From assembly GCA_002633005.1 (NCBI GenBank), contig NMRA01000001.1, positions 500,625-564,624 of the forward strand: a stretch of DNA of 64,000 bases. The letters run 5' to 3'. Made by a program: the position numbers and the translations under genes. The notes beneath the pieces were generated by a model. That model was given only the letters and a program-made list of their open reading frames with translations. It did no database searches and was not told the DNA's origin. This document shows positions 15,203 through 27,987 of this stretch, piece by piece. Positions within the stretch are counted from its first letter, which is position 1; every line of letters begins with the position of its first letter. The DNA comes from Phoronis australis (taxonomy: Eukaryota > Animalia > Phoronida).

Positions 15203-15507
15203 TTAGGTGGGATCAGTGTCATACCTGCATAAATTTTATTGCAAACATAAGGGCCGCATCGTTCAGCGAATGCCGAAATTTTTCATTCAAAACATTTGAA
15301 CCAGAGCCCGAGTTTAGAGGGACACCGCGCTCCATTTACATCAGTGTAGACTAACAATTGTTTTTAAAATATCTGCAGAAAAGGTGTTTAGGGAGAGGTA
15401 ATTCAATATTTTTGGAAGTGCCATATCTAGGAATTTAGGGAATCTACAAACAGAATACTCTTAGTTCAATAGGCCTTTCCTTCGTTTTTACAAATGCCGA
15501 TCATTAT

Positions 15508-17780
15508 TTTTTTTTTCACTGTGATATATATTTATTGAAGGATACACAGAACATACAAAGAAATAATAACAAACCCAGAAACCGCGAAGCATTATATCTG
15601 GGTTGTAAACAATTCATAAATGAAACTTATATACATAGAGGTATATACAATTAAGTAGTATCTAAAATAAGTATTCCAATACTTAGACATGCTATTACAG
15701 ATATATAAAAACAAAAATATTTACAGATTCAAGTAGGGAAATCAGATGCAACAATATTGATAAACGGTACATAAAAATTTGCTAACGTTGCTTAGGAGGA
15801 ATTTGTTGAGAACAAAGTCAAGGTTAGGACTACCATTCAGTAATAATGTAACTCTAGTAGGGATATTATTACAAGAATTGAGAGCGTTAACAACTGATTG
15901 GTTATCATTGAGTGCACGAAAGAGTGAGTCTCTCAGGGATTCGATGAGGGGACATTTGAAGAAAATATGAGGATAAGATTGATGGTCACCACATTTACAG
16001 TTTGGAGATACATTACTAAAGTTGTGCCTGAACTTGTCAGAGTTGAGGAAAAGGCCACATCTTGATCTGTACAATGCTATTTCGTTATCGCGGGTAAGGG
16101 AGAATTGAGTCAAGGGTGTTGAGTTATCAAAATTATGAAAAACAGTTCTAAAATTATTTTTTATACTCGTAAAAGAGTTGCTTTCCTTAACAGAGACTGG
16201 AAGAGAATTCCAGTTGTTGATGCACATCATGACTGTAGACCTTCTGAATGCCTGACTGAACGACGGAGGAATTGCATATGGGGTGGAGAATCTCAAATCA
16301 CTACGATGGCCTTGTCTAATATATAGATCAAATATTTTTTTGACAGACACGTTGTTGACATTGTTTATTACCTTGAACGTAAATGTGGTCATGTGAAGAT
16401 TGCGTCGAGTAGACAGTTTGGGCCACTTGAGATTATTCAAAACCTTAACACTATTGGATCCCCTGTAAGCTCCAGTTATGAGTAAGGCGGCTTGATATTG
16501 TAACTTCTCCAAATGTTGGAGTGCACCCGTATTGGCAGACTGATATATAATATCACAATAATCAATGTGTGGAAGTACAAAGGACTTGAACAAAACTTCT
16601 AAATGTGTAGAATTCAGATGACGAGAGACAAGCTTAAGTGGGTTAATTAGTTCCTGAGTTTTTTGTACGAGCTCCCGAACGTGAGGGGTGAATGAGAGTT
16701 TTTCATCTAACAGTATACCCAGATGTCTGTGCGACTGTTTTCTAGGAATGATTTCATCATTAAGTTTAAGGTCATAAGACGGGTCAACAAGGAAGAGAGC
16801 ATTAATAGATTTGGAGAAGGTAAGGTCAACGCTTTTTTCTGGTTTAAAATTCATTCTCCATTCTTGTGACCAATAGCTTAGTTTATTTAAGTCGTGTTGA
16901 AGCTGCAAAGAACATTCAGGGCTGCTCCCTGCGAAGGGGTAAAAAAGCGCCGTGTCATCTGCATAAAGGTATGTGCTACATGACAGGTTATCAGGAAGGT
17001 CATTAATATAAACCAAGAAGAGAAGAGGGCCCAATACGCTACCCTGCGGTACACCTGCGTTTACAAATCCAGGATGGGATAAAATTGAAAGTACGCCATC
17101 GACACGAACACTGTATGTTCTTTCGGAGAGATATGAGGTGATCATGTTTAAAAGATTACCAGTAATGCCATAGGATCGAAGTTTGTGAAGTAGAAGGTCG
17201 TGAGGGACACAGTCGAAAGCAGAAGCTATATCTAGAAAAATGGACCTGACACTCTCTCCCTTCTCAAAATGTAAATGAATCTCATGTACTATTTCAACAA
17301 GTTGTGCCACGGTGCTGTTCCCACGCAAAAAACCAAATTGACGATGATAGATCAAGTTGTTTTGTTTGAGAAATGTAAGAATACTTTGAGCAATGATCTT
17401 CTCAAAGATTTTGGACAGGGTGTTAAGTAATGTTATTGGGCGATAATTTGAAATTTCAGTTTTGGAGCCTTTTTTGTGTATGGGGACCATAATTCCATGT
17501 TTCCAAGAAGACGGATAAATGCCTAGCTGAAGAAGTTTGTTAAACAGATTGGTCAGGGGCATGGTAATTTCGTTGGCAATCATTTTGATCATCTTGCTGG
17601 TTATTAAAGCTGTGCCATCATTCTTATTGGGGTCAATTTCATTGAGATACTTCCGGACATCAGTTTGATTAGCCGGGATGTCAGACAGTTGATTGAGACA
17701 ACGTTCACGAAGAAAGGGAAAGTTACTTACTTCAGTTGGTGTAATGTGGCTTTTGTTCGTGAAAAATTTGAGAAACAAAT
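15508..17780 (-). mobile_element. Young 5'-truncated CR1/L2-group (Crack/Daphne-like) LINE insertion
   Basis: Exact 17-bp direct repeat CAAATGCCGATCATTAT at 15491-15507 and 17781-17797. T-run at 15507-15516 is poly(A) on the minus strand. AATAAA (minus) at 15531-15536. Confidence 0.95.
15742..17778 (-). CDS. Non-LTR reverse transcriptase (partial ORF2, endonuclease missing)
   Basis: 678 uninterrupted codons with NYRPITLL, QFGF, FLDIASAFD, GVPQGSVLGPLLFLVYINDLP, YADD and a C-terminal CKCG...H...C. The frame opens at TTG next to the truncation point, so the original start is absent. Confidence 0.93.
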   Translation of the reverse strand: MFLKFFTNKSHITPTEVSNFPFLRERCLNQLSDIPANQTDVRKYLNEIDPNKNDGTALITSKMIKMIANEITMPLTNLFNKLLQLGIYPSSWKHGIMVPIHKKGSKTEISNYRPITLLNTLSKIFEKIIAQSILTFLKQNNLIYHRQFGFLRGNSTVAQLVEIVHEIHLHFEKGESVRSIFLDIASAFDCVPHDLLLHKLRSYGITGNLLNMITSYLSERTYSVRVDGVLSILSHPGFVNAGVPQGSVLGPLLFLVYINDLPDNLSCSTYLYADDTALFYPFAGSSPECSLQLQHDLNKLSYWSQEWRMNFKPEKSVDLTFSKSINALFLVDPSYDLKLNDEIIPRKQSHRHLGILLDEKLSFTPHVRELVQKTQELINPLKLVSRHLNSTHLEVLFKSFVLPHIDYCDIIYQSANTGALQHLEKLQYQAALLITGAYRGSNSVKVLNNLKWPKLSTRRNLHMTTFTFKVINNVNNVSVKKIFDLYIRQGHRSDLRFSTPYAIPPSFSQAFRRSTVMMCINNWNSLPVSVKESNSFTSIKNNFRTVFHNFDNSTPLTQFSLTRDNEIALYRSRCGLFLNSDKFRHNFSNVSPNCKCGDHQSYPHIFFKCPLIESLRDSLFRALNDNQSVVNALNSCNNIPTRVTLLLNGSPNLDFVLNKFLLSNVSKFLCTVYQYCCI

Positions 17781-17886
17781 CAAATGCCGATCATTATCGA
17801 CGATCCTTACAAGTTTGTTGTAAATCTCACTTCAGTCAAACAATTCGGCCTCATCCGCTATTTAGCGATGTTTAATTGGAAGTCCT

Positions 17887-18036
17887 GGCATGCATTCAGT
17901 TACGCTAGGACCTACGCTAGGACCGAGCTGAAACTTAGCCAAAGTCACGAGTTCTCATTTGAAATACACGGCAACATCTCACAGTCTCGCGAAGTCCTGC
18001 TTTTTAGCGAGGTCCTAGCGTTACTGAACGGGAGGC
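17887..18036. mobile_element. Short MITE, family E, copy 2
   Basis: GGCATGCATTCAGTTACGCTAGGACC ... GGTCCTAGCGTTACTGAACGGGAGG. Inverted homolog of 1705-1864. Confidence 0.75.
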
Positions 18037-18892
18037 TGTTGTCCAAGTCAATGACAACACCAACACATATCAATTCAATCTTTCATCATAAACCCGTAGA
18101 AGACGCCTTTGAAAAAAATTCTATTAAAAATGTTTCAGTAGTGATTTTCCAAGTACTTACTCAGCTGCCATAAAGCCAACATAGGTTACCAGTAAGACCA
18201 TGAAGACGGCGACGTTGGACATCGTTGATCTGCAACATAGTGAAGAAGCTTGAGAAATAGTTGAAGGTTTGTTTTGTCCAAGAACAACTAACAGGTATCT
18301 AAAGCCTAACGGAAATTTATTTTACATGCGCGCACCCAGCCTTCAATATGGGGACCTATTGGTAACATAAAGGCGGGCGGACCAAAAAAAAAAACCGGGA
18401 CCACCACTGTGAATTGTTCAGTGGACTTTTGTGTCATTTTCTCGGACATTCTGTTTCTCAGAGGCGGACCTTTTTGCCCACATCGCCACATGGGTAGCGT
18501 TCGAGCCTTATGAGATACAGATTATTTTGAACACTATGCAAATGAATCAAATCTGACTTAAAGAGTGGAATTGTATCTAAATGATGAAAATGGTTCAAAA
18601 CGAAGACAAAATTTGTTTGTAAACTCGAGTTTGTTCAAGTTTTCCAGTGTGGACGGGTTGCCAAACTCGACCAAATGATTTTGCTTTTAAGTTTGTATTT
18701 TAAAGTTTGGCAACGCATTGTAATTTGAAAACTGTTTGCTAGACTTTGGTGAAGCTGCATAGTCTGTGCGCATGCGTCGTTTTGGCGTCCGTCTACACAT
18801 TTTATTACAGCTCTTGAAGAATCGTGAAAGTTGGCAGATGTGTTCGTAATGAAGAGAGTGTCATGTGACCGACAGCAATTTTCGGATATATC

Positions 18893-20170
18893 TATAGACC
18901 CAATTCACGCGGCGGACATTAAAATCCAAAGCGAGGCTCACTGCGATAAACAAAGCGGAAATTGACATTGCGTGAGTTAAATAGCCGGTCTTTCTAGTCC
19001 AACCTTCATTAATAATGTGTCGACAATTAACCACAGAGACGTAGAAAATTACATTAGAGAACAAGTTGAGGCGCCAAAGAGTTGTCTGACGAAAGGGTTT
19101 TTTTTCGGAAAACTAGGGTCGAAACATGAAAAGTAAATATGACCAAATTGCGGCGATCGTAGTGTTCCGGATTAGGTATTATGATGAATGCAGGGTTACG
19201 TTTTTTTCTTGTAAATTGTTGATCAATATACTTTCTACGCGATCCAGGTCATCTGCTCGTATTCTTGACGAGTTGAAGACATATTCGACAGTGGTGGCTG
19301 TCACATGCAATTAGTCACATCTGGTTTAATTTGTTGATCAAGAATATTAACATCAAGCATAGCCTGATCCTATGCACTCACTGGGACTAACAGTTGATTT
19401 GTCATTGATCTCAAAGAATAATTGATGTTATTAAACATATTTTTCATTAAAATAAAAAACCAGGTTCTTAAATAAAAATAAAAATTATTTGACCATCAAT
19501 TCTGCTTTCTTGGTTGTAATAATTCTTACGTCTATTTCATGTGTTAGGTTTCAAATATTAATCTGGATCAAGTTGAATTTTAAAATTAAAACACCCAATT
19601 CGTTCGTCCAAAGCATAACCTCGTTTTAGAACTCAATTTCAGTTAACTGGACAAAGCAATCATTGTTATCATGTTTCTTCAGGAGCCTCGTTCATCCCGA
19701 GGGGAAAGGTGCCAGTGCCTACTGAGAGGCGATTTTTTCGCCGAGTGAGGGGAACAGTCTACCTCCTGATCACCATCAATAGCACCCCCGACATTGACGC
19801 CCCAAATTCGAAGGATTGAGGGCCCTGTCCTTTTTGGAAAGAAAAATTGTAATGTTTCAACCCGTAGTCATGAAAACACAGCCTGGCTGGCCCATTCGCC
19901 GGTCGCTACTATGATGCTTGGCAAACCGATATGATCTAACTTTGCGAAAACATTTATAAATTTTACACGGACATATTTTGCTTCGTCGCGGCGTCCCAAC
20001 GCTTCCGAATCTCAATTTCTAGGGATTGTAGAAGACAGTTGAGTGTCAGTATTTTTTTCTAGCCGTTCGCTGAGCAACGCGGACTGAAATACAATTATGC
20101 CGATAAGCTAACAGAGCTATCGTAGCCAGCCTCGTTTTGGAACGCGCCGCCTGTCGGCATGAATTCGAGT
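18893..20170 (+). mobile_element. Non-autonomous TIR element, family A, copy 1
   Basis: Starts TATAGACCCAATTCACGCGGCGGACATTAAAATCC. Colinear inverted homolog of 50005-52053. Contains a shortened family B element at 19680-19827. Confidence 0.85.
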
Positions 20171-21214
20171 ATTTTATGGTTTACGTGTATGATTATCGTA
20201 TCCTAATTTGCACTTGAGAATCTCAGCATTAAAGCAATTCATAATTTCGAGTCTGAACTCCAAAATCGAGTTTTCCCGTGAAATCTTTAGTTTTTACTTG
20301 AGTTTGCAACTCAAATCAAGGAGCGTTCGAGCGCAAATGTCGATGAGAAATTTATCTGCGTAAACGATAATGTACTCGAGCATACTTATTGACATTCATG
20401 TGGAGTTTGTTTTAAAGCAGGGAGGAAAATTGCAATCGGTTTGAATAAATAAAATTAGATTTGCAAAATAAGCTACATACACTGCACATATTCATTTTAA
20501 AAACCCGCAGAAAACAATTCTTTTCATCCCTCCTTTACTTGGTGACTACAAGTTCGTTGATTGCTCTGTAGAGGTCGCTAGATTTTAAAATACGACTTAA
20601 TTTCATTCTTCTTGCTTTATCGCGCCAAAGACTTCCATAGTAACTCCGGAATAGTTTTCGATTCTGAGTACTACGTATTCAGAAGACTGAAGTTTGTTTG
20701 TCACCATTTTTCTAATATTATTCCAGTTGGTGCAAGTTGGAGCAAGAATCTTAGTAATTTAATGGCCTGAGTAAGCTTTAATGGTCACGGGCCCTGAAGC
20801 TCCATCAACATCAGATAGTCTCATCTCAGCGTAACGCTGTATTGTTTCGGGCGCAAATGGCAGTGTGAATGCCACTTGAGAGAACAAACCCGGAAAGTTA
20901 AAAGTGCAACCACACCCAAACAAATGGTATCTCAAGTTTAGACGTCTTGAAATAAAATCTGATGACAAAATACAAGACAAATTTGATTGGAAAAACTTAC
21001 CTCGAAATAATTTTCTCTGGAATGCAGCACTATATTGTCTGATTATCGGTGTGATACTCTGACAACGTGATTACTCTAGTTTTGGCGTTAATTTATAGTT
21101 TTTCGATACGTTTTATGCGATCTCTTGTTATGCCTTTAATGTGAACCTCCTTAAAAGGATTTTCACTTTAAAGAAACAAATGTGGTGAAGTCGCCTTATT
21201 TACAAGCGAATGTG

Positions 21215-22329
21215 CAACGCCAGAAATTTGTAACATTCTTGATCCGCTAGGTGACGCTTAGCACCATGTCCCTAACCAATCATAACAACGCATAGTAAGG
21301 TTAAAGGTCATGAAGCTTGGGCACTATTACCGGAGCCGAAGTCAGTATGCTCTGCAGAGCAATATTTATCAAGTTGACAATAACAGCATTTGAAATGTCT
21401 GGGTCTACAGTATGACAGTGCTAGCTGGGTGATTGGGGTCACAGACACACATAACCACAACAAATGTGAACTGAACGCCAGCCAGCCAGCCGCGTGTGCT
21501 TGCAATTGGCTTAAACGGGCTGCCAAAAAGTGCTTTTTATTAATTTTCTGATGTTTGTCAATACATATTTTTGTCCGGAATCCACTCCAATGTAACAGTT
21601 ACTGAATTAAGACGAAGGACAACGTACCGTGGATCACAAAAAACGAAATAACATTTTGAAGATTACTAGTATATCAACTATATAGGCCTACTCACAGGCG
21701 AAACTTGCATAATGACTGTACAAAATCCGACTTCGAAAGTATTTCTGAACTCATACCGGATGAGAAAATGAACAAATCAGTTTCTTACCGATTCTACGCT
21801 AATCTCTCATCTACAGAGTGCAAATTCCATTGCAAAGAGTCGACAGCCAGGCGATCGGCAACATTTCATCTCACTGACAGCACTGTACGCCGATCCATTT
21901 TCTGAACACAAGAGACGTGGAAAAATTTTCGAGAAACAACATGAAATTTGGATCAGCAACCTCTGAGTACTCCTGGTAGTCACCTAGGCTATCGGCAAAT
22001 CCGATGGCAAAATGAATTCAGCCACAAACTTGACTTCAAAATGAGCTATGCGCTCAAATAGTGGCTTCCGGACGATCGTTAACATAGGCCTGAACGGGGT
22101 AACCTTCAAACTTCAAGAGACGTGGAAAAATTTTCACCACTGGCGCTGATATTTGGCGGTAACATGTCTTAACATACACTCTATGTGACAGGCTATCGGC
22201 AAATTGTGTAGTTATCTCCCCTTGCTTATAAATTCCTGATTTTTGCCTGCTCTTGTGTATTTCTTATGGAGGGCTGCTTGCAAGATTTAGCGCATGCGCA
22301 GTAGTGCATGTTACAAATTTCTGGCGTTG
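21215..22329. mobile_element. Non-autonomous DNA transposon with perfect 22-bp TIR and 3-bp TSD
   Basis: CAACGCCAGAAATTTGTAACAT at 21215 and its exact reverse complement ending at 22329. GTG on both flanks. Internal direct repeats about 204 bp apart. Confidence 0.85.
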
Positions 22330-22623
22330 GTGGTGCCGTTAAGTTACAATGCAGGTAACTAAATTTTCATCAAAGGATGTCCACTGTGAGCAGTAGTTCA
22401 AAGGTTGGAAACGAGGAACGGCACTTAAACAGATGCACTCTGTGGCCTAGTGACTCGTACTTTTGACAGAATTAGTAATTTAAAACTATGAACTTAGTAT
22501 ACGGATATGACGCAACAAACCACCAAATTCGGGTACAAAAGCATTTCACTAGTTCGTACTGAAATTCACGCGTGGATATTACAATCGTCTACGCAACATT
22601 ACACGTGTGAATCCGGCAATCAG

Positions 22624-22694
22624 TGATAGTTAGATATACAGAGAGATGGACGGATAAATAGATAGGTAGACGGCCTTGGCAGATAGATAGATAA
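22624..22694. repeat. Degenerate (GATA)n microsatellite
   Basis: Runs of GATA, GACG and GGTA tetramers. Confidence 0.6.
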
Positions 22695-23531
22695 AAAGGT
22701 TGTTTTCTTTTCAGATCCATAAACAAAAGTTAATCCAAAAGAATCCAGTCATATGTCTCAGTGTTCTCTTAACACCAAGGAGGTGTTTAAATTCACAGAA
22801 ATAAAAAGTGACGAGAACAGAAAAGACCAATGAATAACAAAACAAATTAGCTAATAAGTATACTGAACTTAGAGCAATAATTGGATGTAATGAATAATTC
22901 AAAATAACTAGAAAAATCCTGAAGTGAATGGGTTTACGGTTATTCCTAGAACGGTTTCAGGATACTGACAATGGTGTGCTATGAGCGATTTCACTAACAT
23001 GAGGTCGCTGCTACCAAGTCAGATACAGGTCAGAGTTCGTCTCAGCGGCAGTGTGCGGAAACAGCTCGGCGTCAACCCCATTCTATTCCAAATGTTGGAC
23101 AATATGAGTTCACAGTTTCACCCACTGTCTTAAATATAATAAACACATTTACCCACGTGCAAAGAGTGAGGGATGTTAAAGCTTTATTGTTCGAAAGATC
23201 GCCACTAGGTTGTTAAAAGGTTGCAATAATATCATTTCCAACATAAGCAGGATATTTATAAACGCGTTTTCTTCCTGGGAATCTCACCAGCTGTATTTTA
23301 GAGCGTGTTTAAGCATGTCGATGATGTCAGTCAGTACTCGCTTGCTGAACAGTCACGCTTTCATGTAGTCCAACCCCCTACTGTTAGACCTCAACACAAA
23401 AGGAAAAACAAATCTTTGGATTATTACAATCAAAGCCTTAATACTATTACCATCGTAAATTACGTCATCAATGACCACCCGTTTAATTACTTTAGCAAAC
23501 TTATGCCGGTTGTGATGGTCTGATAACACCT

Positions 23532-23650
23532 GGCGTGCGTTCACTAACGTTAGGACATACGATAGAACCTATCTAAAATCTAGCCAAGTCACGTCGTAAT
23601 CTCGCGAAGTCTTGATTTTTAGCGAGGTCTTGGCGTTACTAAACGGAAGG
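23532..23650. mobile_element. Short MITE, family E, copy 3 (internally deleted)
   Basis: GGCGTGCGTTCACTAACGTTAGGAC ... GCGTTACTAAACGGAAGG aligns to 17887-18036. Confidence 0.7.
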
Positions 23651-23714
23651 CTGACTCCTTTGTAAAATGGCAAGCCTTGCCTTTTGTTTCAAAAGACCCT
23701 TTCATCTTAACCAC

Positions 23715-24370
23715 GGAGGCACTGAACAGTTCTCTCAGGGGTTTGCCTGTCAGAACACACGTCTTAACCCTTTCTTCACTCTGTCAAAAACTGCAGGCAA
23801 ATAAAGAAAAGTTTTGAGTCATTTCACATTAAAAGCCCTACAGAGGAGCACAGAAACTTTATTCTCTCTTGGATTTTTGACCCTTTCACTCACAGTAGAG
23901 ATCAAGTCAGACTAAGAAAAATAAGGGCAAAAAATGCAAAACTGGCACTTTTCACCCTTAAACCACCACTTCCCTGCCGATGCTCGACTAAAGCCAACAT
24001 TAGATTCCGAAAGCAAATTTCCTACCGATTCCAAAAATGTGGTCCAAAAGTACTGTCAACTAACTTGCTTTTTTGCAAATCTGGCTTGTTTGAGGCTATC
24101 TGAAATCGGGGCCAATTTCTCAGTTGCTACACAGCAATTCACAATTGCAACAGGGGGCGCAACCATCTTGAAGGAGAGTGTAGCTATACAGCCGAGAAAG
24201 TGGCCTTTTTTTCATTCTCAGCATGTTCACAAATACAAACAAACCACATTCACTGAGCCTACATCCAGTGCCTACAGACAAAATGCCCTCAAACTTTGCC
24301 TACTCCAAAATTTTAATATTTTGGCAGTGCAATTTGGCCGCGGCCGCAGCCTAACTGTTCAGTGCCACCT
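23715..24370 (+). mobile_element. MITE family C, copy 1 (possibly Kolobok-like)
   Basis: TIR GG(A/T)GGCACTGAACAGTT. Full-length inverted homolog at 27988-28636. Confidence 0.8.
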
Positions 24371-24799
24371 ACGCCTGCATGTAAAATGCGAATGTCCGGA
24401 TGTAAGACAACGCAAAGCCTACTGGGATTGCTAGTCGTGAGATAACAATCACGGCTGGTTGACTTGGAAACTGCGATCACAGAACGTGTTAACTTTTTAC
24501 TGTTCGCACAGTATTTTTAGAAAAAAACGTAGCAAGACGCACATTCATGACCTTCTAGACACCGTGTCGCACTGGTATCCCCCCACTTTTACCCCCAAGC
24601 TTCGACCACCAGCCACCGTGCGTCGCCACAAGTAAGCATGACGTGAACGGAAGAAGCGTATATTTTGGTGCTATTCCGGCAATGAAACGTAACAAACACT
24701 TTAAATGTAGAGGTTAACTGTGACTAGTCGATAAAAATACTTTGTTGTCCGTAATCCTGATAGTGTAAGTAAAATAGATAGGCCTAAGCGAACATCGTT

Positions 24800-25740
24800 A
24801 AATGCATCCCAGAGGAAAAAGGCGGTTTTCGTGCAGAATGTTCAACAACACACAAGATGTTTTGCTACAAAGCTTGGTCCAGAAATACTTAGCAAAAAAA
24901 CGAGGAAAAGTTTAGTGTGCATATGTTGATTTCGGAAAGACATTTGACAGCGTCGATGTTTCCCGTCTTTGTAAGGGTTACTTGAGAAGGATATTCACGG
25001 AAATATGTATGAAGTATATCTCAACACTTTCCTTGATGTTCGCGGTTACACTACTCCATATTTTAGCTGCAAAACCGGTGTCAGGCAAGGATGCATTCTA
25101 ATCCCGTCGGTAGTGAGTGTCTAGTTTCTGACGTCAGAGAGCGTGGTGGCGGAGGAATCTGGTTAATTCTGATTAGGAGATTAACTGTCTATTTTTGCGG
25201 ATGATCTCGCGTTGATTGTAGACATTGCAACTGAGCTGCAACGAAAACTTAACGTGCTTGGAGAATTTTGTAAAAACTGGCATCTTACAGTCAATCTAGA
25301 AAAAACAATGACTTGCTTACAAGCGTGGTGGTGCCGTCTGTTCACACGATATGTGGTACTCTGGAGAAAATATAATTGAAACTAAACCGTATTATGTATA
25401 CCTACTGTTACGTTGTCCTGTCCCCTTAACTGGCGTCAAACCGGCATTTTTTCAGTACAGGCTCGAAAATCGTTAAATTTGATAAAAATCTGTTTGTCTA
25501 AATTAGATTGCTCTTCACTTTCAGTCCTTTTAAAGCTGTTTGATTCTATGATTCTACCGATTTTAAGTTGTAATGCAGAGATTTGGGGTGCCTCAGTTGC
25601 AAATTTGATAAAAAGTGTTCATAACGATTTCTGCCAGTATGCCTTGCGACTAAATAAAAGGATGCCAAATGTCATGTTTAGGGTCGAGTGTGGTAGATAT
25701 GTTTGTACATTTACCGTATGTTCAAGCCTATTGTTTACTG
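24800..25740 (+). mobile_element. Decayed RTE-X-like LINE RT fragment
   Basis: Frameshifted motifs: LQSLVQKYL, AYVDF..FDSVD, TGVRQGCIL, FADDLAL, ELQRKLNVLGEFCKNWHLTVNLEKT, LFDSMILPILS..AEIWG, ECGR. Confidence 0.85.
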
Positions 25741-27987
25741 GACAATGCTGCTTAAGATTTATTTCTGTACTTCTGGAACTATTTGATAAAAGCGCTAACA
25801 AAATGCTAGCAAATTCTTTTTGTACATAAGATATCTTCCCCCAATCAAGTATTCATCACCGTTACGCCAGGTAAAGGAAATTACATACTTACTATTATGC
25901 AAAAAAAAATTAAATCTCCTTAAGTAATGTTTTATCAAACTTAGTAAGTAGTTTTCCAACCTGTGTCTTCAATAAGGTTTTTACATTTTTCAATTTAGAG
26001 TAGTAACATTTTTTGAAAAACATTGCTTTAATCAGTATCGTCTAGACTGCACCGTCGTCAACTGCCTTGTTTGTAGCTCAGTTGTCACATATTAATATCA
26101 CTATTGTGGAAATTTCTGCTAATTATTATTGATCACGTAACGTGGTATTTGAGGATGAGCGATGGCGACCTGAAGGTAGTATGAGAGGTTGGACACAAAT
26201 TTCCAGCCGGCTCGGATACCATGGTTCGTCCGATCATACAAGAGTCACTATTTTCACTTGTGCTCCAGTCTTCCGTATTTCGGCCAGGCACCTGCTGACC
26301 AAGCCTCATTTATCTTGAACCAGTCGAGAGACATTGCACTGCTGTCGCATGTGAGTCTGGTTTCTGGATGACATAACGCGTGACGTGCTATCAATCTGTG
26401 CACCACCAGATGGAGCTGAATCAGATCCCAGGCATTGTCTAGCTGTTGCAACAGTTGTGGAGACGGCGCCATGTTGTCATGTTTTGACCGGTAGAAGCTT
26501 TATTTGAAATAAATCACATCCAAAGCTAACAGTATAAATACTTATCGTTGGGATGAACTTCATGAATACATCGTCATGTGTTACGATGCTCTTCAAAACT
26601 GAACATACGATATTCTGAAAAATTTGAATTTATCCCAATCCTACATTGCTGGGAAGCCACCTTTTGAAAGTGCAATCGATATCTTTCGAAAATTGTTGAT
26701 TTTAACAGGCCTTGCTCCACCGTCCACTTACATGGGGAAGCACGTGAAGAGCTTTGTCGACTCAACCAAAATAAATATTTAAGATAGTGCTTGAAGCCGT
26801 GGACTCGTGTATTATACTGGTCTTAGCTAAAGGCTGAAAGTTAACCTGCTGCGGTGTGGACTGAAGATCGCATTCATGTATTATCAAGCTCCATTTCCTT
26901 GACAACTCTGTCGAAAAATTCAACTTAAGCCAAGTTTGTAGAATGTCCTTTCCGAAAACGAATAACGTTCAAAAACGTGATTGAAAAGCATATAATTCTA
27001 TGAATACTATTTATAAGTTTGTTGTAGTTTTCATTTGGGTTTACATCATCCTTTAACTCCAGCTGTTCCATTAAACATACATTTTTGGTGCAATGCCAAT
27101 GAGACGGTGTAAGTATTTTGGGAAACGCGTTTACGTACATCATAACACGATCATGACAGATGTTTAGTGCGAATCGTGTTTGTGTATCGTGCACTGGAAG
27201 TGCTATGAAAACAGCGTGCTACTAGCGGATAAAATGTGATGGCTTGTCACATCGAGATAATGACTGGCGTGGTCGTGAGCAGACAATCAGAATAGGGACG
27301 TGTTGCGTAGACAAGACGATCAATGTGTCCGGGGGAACTGTGGCAATTCTGAAAAAGCGCTTTATTCCCACATGACTGATTACAAAATTGTTGTATACAA
27401 CGGAATGAAACGCATGCTTACTTTCTTATGCAACATAAAAAGTTTCTGAATAAGTAACGCTACAATAAAAATCACCAGTTCCTCACTGTAACAGTTGCCA
27501 TTTTTTGTCGTGACTTACTAGACCTGGTCTGCCGCCAGGCGGAATCGTCAACTTAGTCATTTGAGTCTTGGTTATGGGAAATCAAAGGTGTCAGAATTTT
27601 GCCACATTTATAGGGAAATCACCGGAATATCACGAGTAAAAAAGCTTTGAAATTTTCTGCAATATAATATAAAATTGAAAACTAAAGGTATATTGCAGAA
27701 ATTTAGGTCTAAAATATTTCAAACATGATGTATTTTTGATTCCAAAACAGATTAATTTCTACGATAATATTAATAAAAAAGAATTGAAAATAAGTACGCA
27801 AACAACTTTTATTTCAAACAATAATCAAAACAATGCCTTCTGCTTCATGAATGGCAGCAACACGCCTGTGAATAATTAAAATCTGCTTTTGTTTTAATTA
27901 CCTCAATCTTTACGCAGACGGTAAATCCCATAACCAATCCTGAAAGTTTGGGAAGAGGCAAAGACGTTACTACGGTCGCTGGCGTAA

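Noticed and set aside
19086-19130. CTGACGA...GAAAC hammerhead-like string in family A
   Set aside because: Stem II does not close on the core, and the second copy near 51800-51850 has TTGGCGA instead.
26140-27260. Possible exons of a spliced host gene (GC-richer patches, ORF 26254-26472)
   Set aside because: No recognisable domain and no consistent splice-site chain that I can support without RNA data.
27568-27937. 12-bp inverted repeat TTGGTTATGGGA / TCCCATAACCAA as a MITE
   Set aside because: Too short, with no clear TSD and no second copy in the window.
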